64,000 nt of DNA, taken from Dehalococcoidia bacterium. GTDB lineage: Bacteria > Chloroflexota > Dehalococcoidia > Lucifugimonadales > VXLM01. The notes beneath the pieces are model-generated. The model did no database searches. It saw nothing but the letters and a program-made list of their open reading frames with translations, and was not told where the DNA came from. The stretch is taken from positions 3,566,507-3,630,506 of the forward strand of contig OY759598.1 of NCBI GenBank assembly GCA_963662435.1. Direction: 5' to 3'. Every line of letters begins with the position of its first letter. Within the stretch, counting starts at the first letter, position 1. Both the position numbers and the translations under genes were made by a program. Shown piece by piece: positions 9,907-19,710 of this stretch.

Positions 9907-11301
9907 ATGCCCAACCTCTCAGAGGTCCTCAGTAAACTCCCTGCCGCCGGACCTGTGGACGGCGGCGACTTCGTTCCGCCCGACGACGAGCCGGACGACT
10001 CCGGCGGTGCGTGTGCGATATGCCTTGGGCGCGGCTGGATCAGCCCCAACGTCCCCGTCGGTCACGAGGACTTTGGCACCATTGCCCCATGCCGGTGCCA
10101 GGAATCCCGTCTCGAAGACGAGCAGCGCGACCGGCTCCTCACCTACAGTAACCTTGGCCACCTCACCCGCTTCACCTTCGAAAACCTGGAGCCGGACGGG
10201 TTTTCAGATGTCGAAGCTGACAGGGCGCAGTTCAGAGACGCCTATAAAAGGTCGCGAGCCTACGCTGACAGTCCCCAAGGATGGCTCACCTTTACCGGAG
10301 GACACGGTGTGGGGAAAACACACCTAGCCGCTGCCATCGCTAACCACTGCGTTGAGAATGGGCGTATCGTCTTCTTCTCACACGCTTCAGACCTGCTCGA
10401 TCACCTGCGTTCTACCTTCGGACCTACAAGTGAGATTTCTTACAGTGACCTCTTTGAACAGGTTCGGACTACGCCACTGCTAATTCTCGATGGACTTGGC
10501 AGCCAAAGCGAGTCTACATGGGCACAAGAGAAGTTGCGACAGGTCCTAAATCACCGCTATAGCGCAGACCTCCCGACGGTAGTGACGACTGCTGAGCATA
10601 TTGAAGATCTTGATCCATACATTCGAACAAGGATCGGGACGAGAGTCATGGATCTTGGTACGCAAAGATCCACAGGGGTGCAAGGCTTGGGGATAGTGCC
10701 ACATGCGTTATTTTCTAGCATGACATTTACGACATTTGAAACTGACGGGCACAACGCAACGTCGTCCGCTCAAAGAGAGTCTCTTGGTGCCGCATTGGAA
10801 GCCACACGAGACTATGCGGAATATCCCAATACTGACAGGATATGGCTTACGCTGGCGGGCAACACGGGCACAGGAAAAACTCACCTTGCCGTCGCGATTG
10901 CACGCGAACAGACGGAGAAGGGGAGGTCGGTATTCTTCGCCTTCGTTCCGGAACTGCTTGACCACCTGCGAGCGACCTTCTTACCGGAGAGCAGGGTCCG
11001 CTACGATCGCCGGTTTGAGGAAGTCAAGACCACTCCTATGTTGATTCTCGACGGTTGGGGAGAGGAGCAGGGTAGTTCATGGGCATTGGAGAAGCTCAAT
11101 CAGATTGTCGTGCATCGGCATAACTTCCGATTGCCAACGATCGTCACCACCCGGCACGAGACGCTGGGTTCTTCCGAGCTTAGACATGATCTCACACCGG
11201 GCGAATCGAGAATTCAAGATCCTACCGTCGCTCGAGTCATACGAATCAATGCTAGGGACTATCGTCGCAGGTATTCTGACAATCCCAGAACGAAACCTTA
11301 A
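9907..11301 (+). CDS. Tandem DnaC/IstB-like AAA+ ATPase with N-terminal Cys motif (putative helicase loader)
   Basis: CxxC...CxC N-terminus; two Walker A motifs (GGHGVGKTHLA, GNTGTGKTHLA); two 'LLDHLR.TF' blocks; 12 bp downstream of dnaB. Confidence 0.8.
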   Translation: MPNLSEVLSKLPAAGPVDGGDFVPPDDEPDDSGGACAICLGRGWISPNVPVGHEDFGTIAPCRCQESRLEDEQRDRLLTYSNLGHLTRFTFENLEPDGFSDVEADRAQFRDAYKRSRAYADSPQGWLTFTGGHGVGKTHLAAAIANHCVENGRIVFFSHASDLLDHLRSTFGPTSEISYSDLFEQVRTTPLLILDGLGSQSESTWAQEKLRQVLNHRYSADLPTVVTTAEHIEDLDPYIRTRIGTRVMDLGTQRSTGVQGLGIVPHALFSSMTFTTFETDGHNATSSAQRESLGAALEATRDYAEYPNTDRIWLTLAGNTGTGKTHLAVAIAREQTEKGRSVFFAFVPELLDHLRATFLPESRVRYDRRFEEVKTTPMLILDGWGEEQGSSWALEKLNQIVVHRHNFRLPTIVTTRHETLGSSELRHDLTPGESRIQDPTVARVIRINARDYRRRYSDNPRTKP

Positions 11302-11398
11302 GGTCCGCTGGTTCCTTTCCCGCTCCCACATCCCCAACTTGCCCGCCTCTACCGCTGCGTATAAACTTGGTCGACATCGCTTTTTCAAAGGACACGAC

Positions 11399-12412
11399 AT
11401 GAAGATTGCAATCTTGCAAGGTCCACGCAACCTCGTGATCGAAGACTGGGACCTCGACACGCAGAACCTCGGCCCGAACGAAATCTGGGGCGAGACCATC
11501 ATCTCCGGCTTCAAGATTGGAACGGACCGTGGAAACTACGAGGGTGCGGAGGATGTTCCCGGCGCTCCGACATACCCTCGATGGGTGGGCGACAGCAACC
11601 TCGCCGTCGTCAGGGGCGTTGGCAGCGAGGTAACGAAGTTCAAGGTCGGAGACCGCGTCGTTTCCCGCAACCCACACCAGTCGGAATGGGTGGCCGACCA
11701 TAGGCAGTCCGTCGTCAAGGTCCCTGTAGGCGTGGACGACGAGGACGCCATCTGGGCGCATCTCTACACCCTCAGCGGCCTCTGCTTCCGCAAGGCCAAC
11801 TTCGTGCCCGGTGAGTACGTGGCAGTCGTGGGACTGGGAGTGCTCGGCCTCGGCGCCGTCGGCCTCGGTCGCCCAATGGGCGCCAGGACGATCGGCATCG
11901 GCAACAGCCCCATCCGTAACGAGATGGCCATGCAAATGGGCGCACACGCGACCTTCATGTACAACGACCCAGACCTCGATGCCAGGCTGGACGAGTACAC
12001 GAACGGCAACGGCGTCGACCTCGTGATCCTGACCGCCAACCCCTGGCCCGCCTACCGCACCTCCGTCGAGATCGTGCGCGAAAACGGGCGCGTCTCAATC
12101 GTCAGCCTGCTGGGTCGCGGTGAGGAGCCAGCCGACTTCAATCCCCTTGCCATGCAGTACTTCTACCACAAGGGAATCTCGCTTGTTGCCGTCAACGGCA
12201 CCGCGCCATACATGTATCCACAGGCCGACGCCGACCGCATGGAGTGGAACAAGCAGTGCGAGTTTGTCCTCCAACTCATGGCCGACGGCAGCCTGAAGCC
12301 GAGCCAGATTGTCACCCACCGCCTTCACTACTCCGGCATGAAAGAGGCCTACGAAATGGCCTACAACCGCGAAAAGACCATGCTCGGTGTAATCTTCCAG
12401 TGGCAGAAGTGA
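11399..12412 (+). CDS. Zinc-binding dehydrogenase (MDR) family oxidoreductase
   Basis: GroES-like N-terminus 'GTDR...YP..VG', Rossmann 'VVGLGVLG'; AAGGA RBS before ATG 11399. Confidence 0.8.
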   Translation: MKIAILQGPRNLVIEDWDLDTQNLGPNEIWGETIISGFKIGTDRGNYEGAEDVPGAPTYPRWVGDSNLAVVRGVGSEVTKFKVGDRVVSRNPHQSEWVADHRQSVVKVPVGVDDEDAIWAHLYTLSGLCFRKANFVPGEYVAVVGLGVLGLGAVGLGRPMGARTIGIGNSPIRNEMAMQMGAHATFMYNDPDLDARLDEYTNGNGVDLVILTANPWPAYRTSVEIVRENGRVSIVSLLGRGEEPADFNPLAMQYFYHKGISLVAVNGTAPYMYPQADADRMEWNKQCEFVLQLMADGSLKPSQIVTHRLHYSGMKEAYEMAYNREKTMLGVIFQWQK

Positions 12413-12433
12413 GGAGGTGGGCTGCAGCGCGTC

Positions 12434-12655
12434 CTAAAGCGTGGAGCAGAACTCGTCGACGGTAAGACCGGCGGAACGGATGAGGGTGCGCAGAGTTCCT
12501 TTGGCGACGGTGGAGTGGTTGGGCACGGAGAGGGTCACTAATTCTCCTGGTTTGGTCATGATGATATGTCCCCCTCGTTGCCGTGCCACGCTCCAGCCCA
12601 AGCGCCGAAAGTTCCGCACAGTCTGTGCGCCACTCAGAATGGGCAGTTGCGGCAT
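12434..12655 (-). CDS. hicA: HicA-family mRNA interferase toxin
   Basis: 73 aa, 'RQRGGHIIM', 'LSVPNH', 'GTLRTLIRSAGL'. Confidence 0.88.
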   Translation of the reverse strand: MPQLPILSGAQTVRNFRRLGWSVARQRGGHIIMTKPGELVTLSVPNHSTVAKGTLRTLIRSAGLTVDEFCSTL

Positions 12656-12861
12656 TACAGCGCCACTTCCACCTGCTGTGTTTCAACGGTCAAGGGCATG
12701 CCCGACTCAGCGCGCACTTCCAAACAGAGCTCGATAGCCTCACGTACGTTCGCCAGAGCCTCGTCTTTCGTGCCGCCTTGGCTCACACACCCCGGAATGG
12801 ATGGGCATTCGGCGACCCATACGCCGTCTTCGTCTCGATCAATCGTTACGGTTACTTTCAT
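12655..12861 (-). CDS. hicB: HicB-family antitoxin (short form)
   Basis: 'DEDGVWVAECPSIPGCVSQGGTKDEALANVREAI'; TAATG stop/start coupling with hicA. Confidence 0.88.
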   Translation of the reverse strand: MKVTVTIDRDEDGVWVAECPSIPGCVSQGGTKDEALANVREAIELCLEVRAESGMPLTVETQQVEVAL

Positions 12862-13134
12862 TCCTCGAACCCCTGATGGCCGTCGGTCTCCGTTGACCAA
12901 GCCTTGCTGTGAGACCCTTCGCCAACGTTCCGCCGATGTCCTCAGTCATTGGAACCGGCTGCTGTTACGAAACGAACGCGTACGGTACCGCTGTCGTCAG
13001 CTTCCTACAGCGTAGCATCACCTTCCGCGTAATACCAACGCCGTCGGATTGTCAAAACACTCGAAGGACTCTACAATCGTTCCCGCGTTAAGCGGTGAGG
13101 TCACCAAGACCACACACGCACGAAAGGACCAAAC

Positions 13135-14472
13135 ATGACCACCACCAAGAGCAGGGTACAAGCGTCCCTCGATCTCTATGACCGCGCCGAGGAGCTGATC
13201 CCCGGCAAGACGCAGCTCATCAGTCGTAGGGCGAGCAGTTTCGCTCACCCGGTCAGTCCTATATACGCCGACCACGCCAAGGGCTCACGGTTTGTCGACG
13301 TCGACGGCAACGAGTATATCGACTGGGTGAACGCCGTCACGGCAATCATCCTCGGCCATGCCGACGACGTGGTCGACGGCGCCGTCAGGGAGCAGATCGA
13401 TAAAGGCAGCCTGTTCACCCTGAACAGCCCGCTGGAGATTGAGCTTGCCGAGCTCCTGATCGACACCATTCCCAGCGCGGAGATGGTGCGCTACACCAAG
13501 GGCGGCGGAGAGTCCTGCGCCGTGGCCGTCCGCATCGCGCGGGGTACCACGGGGAGGGACAAGATACTCTTCTCCGGCTACCACGGCTGGCACGACTGGT
13601 ACCAGTCGGCAAACTACCTCGTAGACCCCGTGTCGGGCGAGTTTCCCTTCGCGGGCATCGAACCGACGGGTGTGCCGAAGGTCCTTGCCGGCACGGCGAT
13701 ACCGTTCATCTACGAGGACCTCGACAACCTCAAACAGCTCTTCGAGGAGAACAAGGGCGAGGTCGCGGCGGTGATGATGGAGCCGATGCGCTCCGAGCGT
13801 CCGAAGGAAGGCTATCTCGAGGCGGTCAAGGAACTCTGCCACGCCAACGGCGCGCTCCTCATCTTCGACGAAGTCTCATCGGGATGGCGCATCTCCCTGG
13901 GCAGCGCCCAGGAATGGCTCGGCGTGACTCCGGATATGTCCGTCTTCGCCAAGGCGATGTCGAACGGCTATCCCATGGGCTGCGTGGTCGGCTCCCGCGA
14001 GGCCATGGAGCCGGCGGACCGAATGTTCATTTCAAGCTCATACTGGAGCGACAACATTGGCCTGGCCGCGTCGGTGACGACTATCAACGAACTCAAGCGA
14101 CGGAACTCGACCGAGTTCTTCAAAGAGATAGGCGAAAAGATGGCGGCCGCTCTCCAGGACGCCGTAGATTCGGTAGGCATCTCCGCCCAGGTCACCGGCA
14201 TACACACCGCGCCGACGCTGTCGTTCGACGTGCCCGACCCGGACATGAAGAAGCCGATCGACACGTTGTTCATCCAGGAAATGGGCAAGCGCGGCGTCTT
14301 TGCCCCGACCTCGTTCAAGGCGACGATGGCGCACACCGACGAGGACATAGCGCTCACCGCGGAGGCCGCCGCCGACTCGATGCGGGTCATCATGCGTGCC
14401 CTCGAAGGTGAGCTCGACACCTTGTTGGAAGCCGAGATCGGCCGTGAGCCGTTCCGCCGGATCGTCAGATAG
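13135..14472 (+). CDS. Class III aminotransferase (glutamate-1-semialdehyde aminomutase-like)
   Basis: 'DVDGNEYID', 'GYHGWHDW', 'LLIFDEVSSG', PLP lysine in 'FAKAMSNG'. Confidence 0.85.
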   Translation: MTTTKSRVQASLDLYDRAEELIPGKTQLISRRASSFAHPVSPIYADHAKGSRFVDVDGNEYIDWVNAVTAIILGHADDVVDGAVREQIDKGSLFTLNSPLEIELAELLIDTIPSAEMVRYTKGGGESCAVAVRIARGTTGRDKILFSGYHGWHDWYQSANYLVDPVSGEFPFAGIEPTGVPKVLAGTAIPFIYEDLDNLKQLFEENKGEVAAVMMEPMRSERPKEGYLEAVKELCHANGALLIFDEVSSGWRISLGSAQEWLGVTPDMSVFAKAMSNGYPMGCVVGSREAMEPADRMFISSSYWSDNIGLAASVTTINELKRRNSTEFFKEIGEKMAAALQDAVDSVGISAQVTGIHTAPTLSFDVPDPDMKKPIDTLFIQEMGKRGVFAPTSFKATMAHTDEDIALTAEAAADSMRVIMRALEGELDTLLEAEIGREPFRRIVR

Positions 14473-14519
14473 AAAGCCCCGTCGCGGACCATACGTGCAG
14501 TTCAAGGGCTGCACAACTC

Positions 14520-15164
14520 ATGACACCAGAATCGAATGCGGTGGATGACCAGTCCGACCCATCCACCGCGTCGGAACAGCCTCGGATAGTCCGGTATCTC
14601 CTTCTCGCGGGGTCCTTCCTGCCCGTAGTCGCAATGACGGTCGCAGTCATTGTCTTCAGGCATGACATCTCTCGCCTTCGAACGATTGAAGGTCTCGAAA
14701 CGATAGGTTTCGTGGGCATTCTCATCGCGAATGTCATAGGCAGCGGGTCTTTCGTCCTCCCCGTACCTGGAATAGCTACGGTGATCATCGGCGCGACGAT
14801 CTGGAACCCGCTCTTGGTCGCAATCGCAGGTGGCACCGGCTCGACCATAGGGGAACTCGCTGCCTACCTCGCCGGGGTGGGATCCTACGGCGCGGTCAGG
14901 AAGGTTGTCGGTCGAAACAGATGGTACGTTACGTGGTACTCCCGGCTCAGGGGTTGGATCGAGGCCCGCGGCATGATCACCATATTCCTCTTCGCGGCCA
15001 CCCCAAACCCGTTCTTCGATATCGCCGGATTCGCGGCAGGCTCGATGAGATACCCCATCGGCAGGTTCACAGTGGCCTGCTGGCTCGGCAAGTTGGTCAA
15101 GTATGGATTCGTGTCATACGCCGCATTCTGGGGCGCCGATATGGTCTACGGTTGGTTTGAATAA
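14520..15164 (+). CDS. VTT/DedA (SNARE-associated) membrane protein
   Basis: 'LPVPG', 'GSTIGELAAYLAG', 'PNPFFDIAGFAAG'. Confidence 0.75.
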   Translation: MTPESNAVDDQSDPSTASEQPRIVRYLLLAGSFLPVVAMTVAVIVFRHDISRLRTIEGLETIGFVGILIANVIGSGSFVLPVPGIATVIIGATIWNPLLVAIAGGTGSTIGELAAYLAGVGSYGAVRKVVGRNRWYVTWYSRLRGWIEARGMITIFLFAATPNPFFDIAGFAAGSMRYPIGRFTVACWLGKLVKYGFVSYAAFWGADMVYGWFE

Positions 15165-15190
15165 GCCCCTTTTGGGAGAGCATCCCTGGA

Positions 15191-16336
15191 CTACGCAGGC
15201 CTGATGTGCTCCGTCATCTGCTCGCGGTACCATTCCGCACCGTGGACGTCCTTCTTGTAGTGCCAGCGCCAGACTTCCGGATACATCATGATGCTTCTAT
15301 CCTCGACCGGCAGCTTATAAGGAGCGCTGCCGTTGCGGGCCGATTCACGGAGGGCAATGGCGATCTCCAGGGCATAGCGCAGGTCGTCCCCTGTCGTAAC
15401 CGTGAGCGGGTCTCCCGTGTCGATTGCCCTCACCAGGTCGTCGATGGTTGTCATCGTCGTGTCGCTGGGGATGCGCCATCCCTCGTCATCGCGCTGTCGT
15501 TCCCCGGGAGGCCGCGGCAGGAAGACCCCTTCGACCTCGCGCAACTCGGGGCTTTCCCTGGGGTCTTCGCCCGGCTTGAACAGTTTCAGGCCGAGGCCGG
15601 TGTTATTGGTGTTGGTAATCAGGCCGTGAGTCCCTATCACCTCGATCGCTCGATATTCAGGGACTCTAAAGCTGCTGTACGCCTCGATACCATTGCTGAA
15701 CTTGATATATCCACCCACCCAGCCATACCACCTCTCGCCCCCTCCGTAGTCCCCCTCGTATTCCCCGTGCGGGTCGTTTGACACGAAGCCGACCACGAAG
15801 TCGACGGGAGACTTGCCGGCGAATTTCCGCGTGATGTTCAGTCCATGTGTGCCGACCTGCTTATTGTTCTCATAAAGGTTGATCCGCAGTACTTCCCCGA
15901 TCTCTCCTCCGGCCGCCAACTCAAAGGCCTTGCGATAGTCGGGATGGCTGGATACAACCAGTCCCGCAGCTAACGGAATGTTCCGGGAGGCACACTCCTC
16001 GACCATTTGGTCGGCGTCGGCAAGGCTGCCTGCCAGCGGTTTCTCGCAGAAAATGCCCTTAACCCCCGCCTGCGCCGATGCGATCACCGCGCCGGGATTA
16101 GCCTTTACCGGCAGAACGGGGGCAGAGATATCGATATCCTCCTTGGCGAGCATCTCCTCATAGCTCAAATAGCCGGGCACGCCGAAGCGCTCACGGAAGA
16201 GTTCGAGGTTCTCCGGGTCGGTGTCGGCGACCGCGACAACCTCGGTACGTGGGTGAAGGTAATATGCTCGAGCGTGATGAGTGCCCTGCCGTCCTCCGCC
16301 GATGATGCCGACTCGATATGTGGGTTGGTTGTCCAT
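15191..16336 (-). CDS. Gfo/Idh/MocA oxidoreductase
   Basis: 'VGIIGGGRQG', 'IFCEKPLA'. Confidence 0.85.
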   Translation of the reverse strand: MDNQPTYRVGIIGGGRQGTHHARAYYLHPRTEVVAVADTDPENLELFRERFGVPGYLSYEEMLAKEDIDISAPVLPVKANPGAVIASAQAGVKGIFCEKPLAGSLADADQMVEECASRNIPLAAGLVVSSHPDYRKAFELAAGGEIGEVLRINLYENNKQVGTHGLNITRKFAGKSPVDFVVGFVSNDPHGEYEGDYGGGERWYGWVGGYIKFSNGIEAYSSFRVPEYRAIEVIGTHGLITNTNNTGLGLKLFKPGEDPRESPELREVEGVFLPRPPGERQRDDEGWRIPSDTTMTTIDDLVRAIDTGDPLTVTTGDDLRYALEIAIALRESARNGSAPYKLPVEDRSIMMYPEVWRWHYKKDVHGAEWYREQMTEHIRPA

Positions 16337-16377
16337 GGTGCCCTCCTTCTTGCAGAACTTACCACCTGGTCGCCGCC

Positions 16378-16406
16378 TTGTAAACGAACCTGTCAGCCCG
16401 TATCAT
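16378..16406 (+). promoter_or_regulatory. Sigma70-like promoter for tRNA-Pro
   Basis: TTGTAA-17 bp-TATCAT ending 10 bp before the tRNA. Confidence 0.55.
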
Positions 16407-16416
16407 CGTATAGGTA

Positions 16417-16491
16417 CGGGGTGTGGCGCAGCGGAAGCGCGCCTGGTTTGGGACCAGGAGGTCGCCGGTTCGAACCCGGCCACCCCGACCA
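16417..16491 (+). tRNA. tRNA-Pro (TGG)
   Basis: CGGGGTG/CACCCCG acceptor stem, anticodon arm CCTGG-TTTGGGA-CCAGG, T-arm GGTTCGAACC, encoded CCA. Confidence 0.96.
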
Positions 16492-16570
16492 GACTTATCC
16501 ATGCTGGCACGTCGGCGTCGGTTCCGGCTTGCGCGTCACCCGTCAAACTCAATACGAACAGCACCAAGAC

Positions 16571-18070
16571 ATGAGACGACAGCGCACCATCTACTTCAAC
16601 GACGCCCGCCACTACTACCTGTTCGTCTTCGAGCCCCCGATGACGATGGAAGACGCCTGGCGTCCCATCGATGAGGTGGCAGGTACCGGAGTCGACACAT
16701 TCGTCTACGGCGTGTCGAGAGTCGATGGGCTCTACTACCCGTCGAGGGCAGGCACGCAGTTCAAGCACGGAGAACATGGCCCCGACGCTCCCGCCTTCAA
16801 GCAGAACGCCTACTGGCGCACGTGGCACAATATGAAGAGCCTCGAGGAGCGAGGTCTCGACCCGCTTCGGGTACTGATCGACCGCGCCCACGACAAGGGC
16901 ATGGACTTCTTCGCAAGCCTGAGGCTGTCCAGCTACCCCACCATCGATCCGGCACACGAGGTCGTCAAGGGCGGTCGCGGATGGGTGCATCGCGAAGTAC
17001 GCAACTTCCAGCGCGAGGTCCTTCGCGAACTGGCCGTAGACTATCCAACCGAGGGCGTTGAACTCGACTTCGCGGCAGCGCCGGGAGGGTCGCCGCCACA
17101 CTTCCGCGACCAGAACGACGCGCGCCAGTACATGCCGGCCGTCAACGAGTGGGTCGCTGAAGTAGCCGAGCTTGTGCGGAGCCGTCCGGGTAAGTCCGGT
17201 GAAGTCGGCGCCCGAGTCTACCCAACGGAAGAGTTGAACCTCCGGCAGGGCTTCGATGTCCGGCAGTGGTTCAAGGATGGGTCGGTAGATTGGGTTGCAC
17301 CACTTCTCTACGCGCACAACCTCATCGACCCGAACATCGACCTCTCATGGCTCATAGAGGCTGCCCACGAGGCCGACGTCGCGGTTTATGCGACAATTCA
17401 GCCATATCACTACGACCCCGGCCGCGAGCGGTATGTCTTTGAACACGCCACTCCCGCCATGATGCGGGCCGCCGTCGCGAGTTTCCGTGAACAGGGGGCG
17501 GACGGAATGTACACCTGGTTCCTTCCGTGGCCCTTCGGTGACGCCGAACGCCGTATCCTTACGGAGATGTCCGATCCTGACCTGATTGGAGAAGCTGACA
17601 AGCACTACGTCGTCTCCCGGGGGAGCGACTTCTCGGAGCGGGTCGACATGGACACACAGCTGCCCTCCTCCATCGAGGCGTCAGACGTAGGAACGAGGCA
17701 TCAGTTCAGCCTCTACTGTGCCGACGACCTGGAAGGCAAGGCCAATCGAGTCAAGCAGGTTCGACTGAAGGTCTACATCCGCGACATCGTGTCTGAGGAC
17801 AAGATCCGCTTCCTTCTCAACGGGGAGTCGCTGGAAAGCGAAAACTGCCTTAGACACTTCCCCGAGGTGCTCCCGCCATATCATGGTCAGTGGCTGGACT
17901 TCGATTTGCGATGCGTACGTCCGAAGCAAGGTTGGAATACCCTCGAGATCGCGTTGGACGGACGCCCCTCCGACCTCATTAGTCCTTTGGTAGTCCAGGA
18001 CATCGAAATCATCGTTGAATACGGCTCATATCCGTCGACACTCGACTATTCCCCTACGTCGGTGGCTTAG
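16571..18070 (+). CDS. Hypothetical protein, glycoside-hydrolase-like TIM barrel (GHL10-like)
   Basis: 499 aa; 'DPLRVLIDRAHDKGMDFFASLR' and 'GVELDF' resemble GHL10-like barrels; the upstream part of the listed 687-aa ORF overlaps the tRNA and is not real. Confidence 0.55.
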   Translation: MRRQRTIYFNDARHYYLFVFEPPMTMEDAWRPIDEVAGTGVDTFVYGVSRVDGLYYPSRAGTQFKHGEHGPDAPAFKQNAYWRTWHNMKSLEERGLDPLRVLIDRAHDKGMDFFASLRLSSYPTIDPAHEVVKGGRGWVHREVRNFQREVLRELAVDYPTEGVELDFAAAPGGSPPHFRDQNDARQYMPAVNEWVAEVAELVRSRPGKSGEVGARVYPTEELNLRQGFDVRQWFKDGSVDWVAPLLYAHNLIDPNIDLSWLIEAAHEADVAVYATIQPYHYDPGRERYVFEHATPAMMRAAVASFREQGADGMYTWFLPWPFGDAERRILTEMSDPDLIGEADKHYVVSRGSDFSERVDMDTQLPSSIEASDVGTRHQFSLYCADDLEGKANRVKQVRLKVYIRDIVSEDKIRFLLNGESLESENCLRHFPEVLPPYHGQWLDFDLRCVRPKQGWNTLEIALDGRPSDLISPLVVQDIEIIVEYGSYPSTLDYSPTSVA

Positions 18071-18116
18071 GAGAGTTGCGCACTCCGGACATCAGTCACA
18101 GGAAGGCAGGTAGGTA

Positions 18117-18911
18117 GTGAAGTCCCATCCACTCGAATTGAATATCGTAAGCAAGTTGGGCGTCACAACTCGCACCTTTTCGGTCGGCTCGGTCGCGGGA
18201 GCGCGCTTTACCGCCCGGGATGTGGAAGGCATGCGAAAGCAGATGGACGAGCAACTTGCCAGAGAAGGCCACTTCTCATCGGCCACTCACACCAATCCTT
18301 CGATCTTTCGCATCGCCAGGTACCTTCTGACGCAGGACGAAGAGTTCGAAGTGCAGGGCGCGATGACCGGTGGAGAGGGTGAGGTCGTCGCGATTCGCGA
18401 CGGAGACGAGATATTCATCTCTGCCGGCAGCGACCAATGCGACCGCGAACTTGATCCCATCTTCCCGGATAAGCCGAAGCAGATGTGCCCCCATCCCATT
18501 GCGACAAAGGCATGGCCGTATGAGGAGGTCAGCGGCCATTGGGACGATCTACGAATTCAAAGCACCGTCACCGTACGGGGCATTCCTGTCCCTCTCCAGG
18601 ATAGTCGTCTTGAAGCACTTGTCACCTTGGACTACCTCCAAGGCCTGCCGTCCGTACGAGCGCTTCCCGACGCAGCGATTCTGTTCTGCGGGTCTTCACC
18701 GTTCCTCGACAGCGCCGATGAGATTGTCAAGGAACACGACCTGTCACCCTTTACGACTTGGGGGGTAGGAGACTCGTTCTCCGTTCGGCTGTACGATCCC
18801 GTGCTCGAAAGGTCCATCGAGCACGCTTTCACGCCTGTTCCAGTTGGCGACGACCTTGCTGAGCGACAGTCGGAGGGCAGGGCGCTGCCGAACTTCCCGA
18901 TGATGGACTGA
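18117..18911 (+). CDS. DUF2848-like protein (FAA-hydrolase-like fold)
   Basis: 'TGGEGEVV', 'GSDQCDRELD...KPKQMCPHPIA..AW..EEV..HWDDL'. Confidence 0.6.
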   Translation: MKSHPLELNIVSKLGVTTRTFSVGSVAGARFTARDVEGMRKQMDEQLAREGHFSSATHTNPSIFRIARYLLTQDEEFEVQGAMTGGEGEVVAIRDGDEIFISAGSDQCDRELDPIFPDKPKQMCPHPIATKAWPYEEVSGHWDDLRIQSTVTVRGIPVPLQDSRLEALVTLDYLQGLPSVRALPDAAILFCGSSPFLDSADEIVKEHDLSPFTTWGVGDSFSVRLYDPVLERSIEHAFTPVPVGDDLAERQSEGRALPNFPMMD

Positions 18912-18938
18912 GCACTACTCCCCTTCTCGATCGGACCA

Positions 18939-19646
18939 ATGCCTGATTCAAACAACACATACACCACTCTTATTCGGGACTTGCCCGAAGGCGAACGTCC
19001 CAGGGAGCGGCTGGCAAAGTATGGTGCCAACGCTCTCAGCGACTCGGAGTTAATTGCCATTCTCCTACGTACGGGTATGAAGGGTGAGAGTGTACTGAAT
19101 ATGTCCCAGAGACTCGTGTCCGAATTCGAGGGTCTCGAGAGAATGGGGCGTGCGTCCTTCCACCAACTGTGCTCACTAGACGGAATCAGTGAGGCCAAAG
19201 CGTGCCAGCTGCTTGCCGCGTTTGAGCTTGGACGCCGAATGGTCTCGCTCACTCCTGACGAACGCACGACCATCAACTCCCCGCGCGACGCCTTCAATCA
19301 CGTGGTGGCCGATATGCGTTACCGGGAACAGGAGCACCTTCGCGTCCTTTTGGTATCGACCAAGTCCGAGGTTGTTGGCGATCGCGAGATCTACAAAGGC
19401 ACGGTTAACTCAGCGTCAGTTCGCGTGGCGGAGGTCTTGAAGCCCGCCGTCCTGGAAAACGTCCCCTCAATAATCGTTGTGCACAATCACCCTTCCGGCG
19501 ATCCCACGCCAAGCGGCCCGGATATCGTCATTACGCGACAGATCAAGCAGGCCGCCGAGTTGATGGACATTGATCTGTTGGACCACATCGTCATCGGTGG
19601 CCCGGCTTTCGTCAGCATGAAGGACAGGAAACTGGGTTTCCCTTAG
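18939..19646 (+). CDS. radC: RadC family JAB-domain protein (full length)
   Basis: 'ERPRERL..GANALSDSELIAILL', JAB motif 'HNHPSGDPTPS..D', 'LLDHIVIG'. Confidence 0.93.
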   Translation: MPDSNNTYTTLIRDLPEGERPRERLAKYGANALSDSELIAILLRTGMKGESVLNMSQRLVSEFEGLERMGRASFHQLCSLDGISEAKACQLLAAFELGRRMVSLTPDERTTINSPRDAFNHVVADMRYREQEHLRVLLVSTKSEVVGDREIYKGTVNSASVRVAEVLKPAVLENVPSIIVVHNHPSGDPTPSGPDIVITRQIKQAAELMDIDLLDHIVIGGPAFVSMKDRKLGFP

Positions 19647-19710
19647 TGCTTCTCGTGTTTCGCGCGACAGAGAGTTAATCCGGTTTTGCTTCCTCTCCGC
19701 ATTGAATCCA

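Noticed and set aside
9907..11301. IS21-family element (IstB)
   Set aside because: No IstA transposase or terminal inverted repeats; tight coupling to dnaB favours a helicase loader.
16007..16570. N-terminal 188 aa of the listed 687-aa ORF
   Set aside because: Overlaps the opposite-strand Gfo gene and tRNA-Pro; the real start is most likely ATG 16571.
16417..19646. tRNA-Pro plus radC as a possible integrated island
   Set aside because: No integrase and no duplicated tRNA 3' end seen; radC is the full-length chromosomal type.
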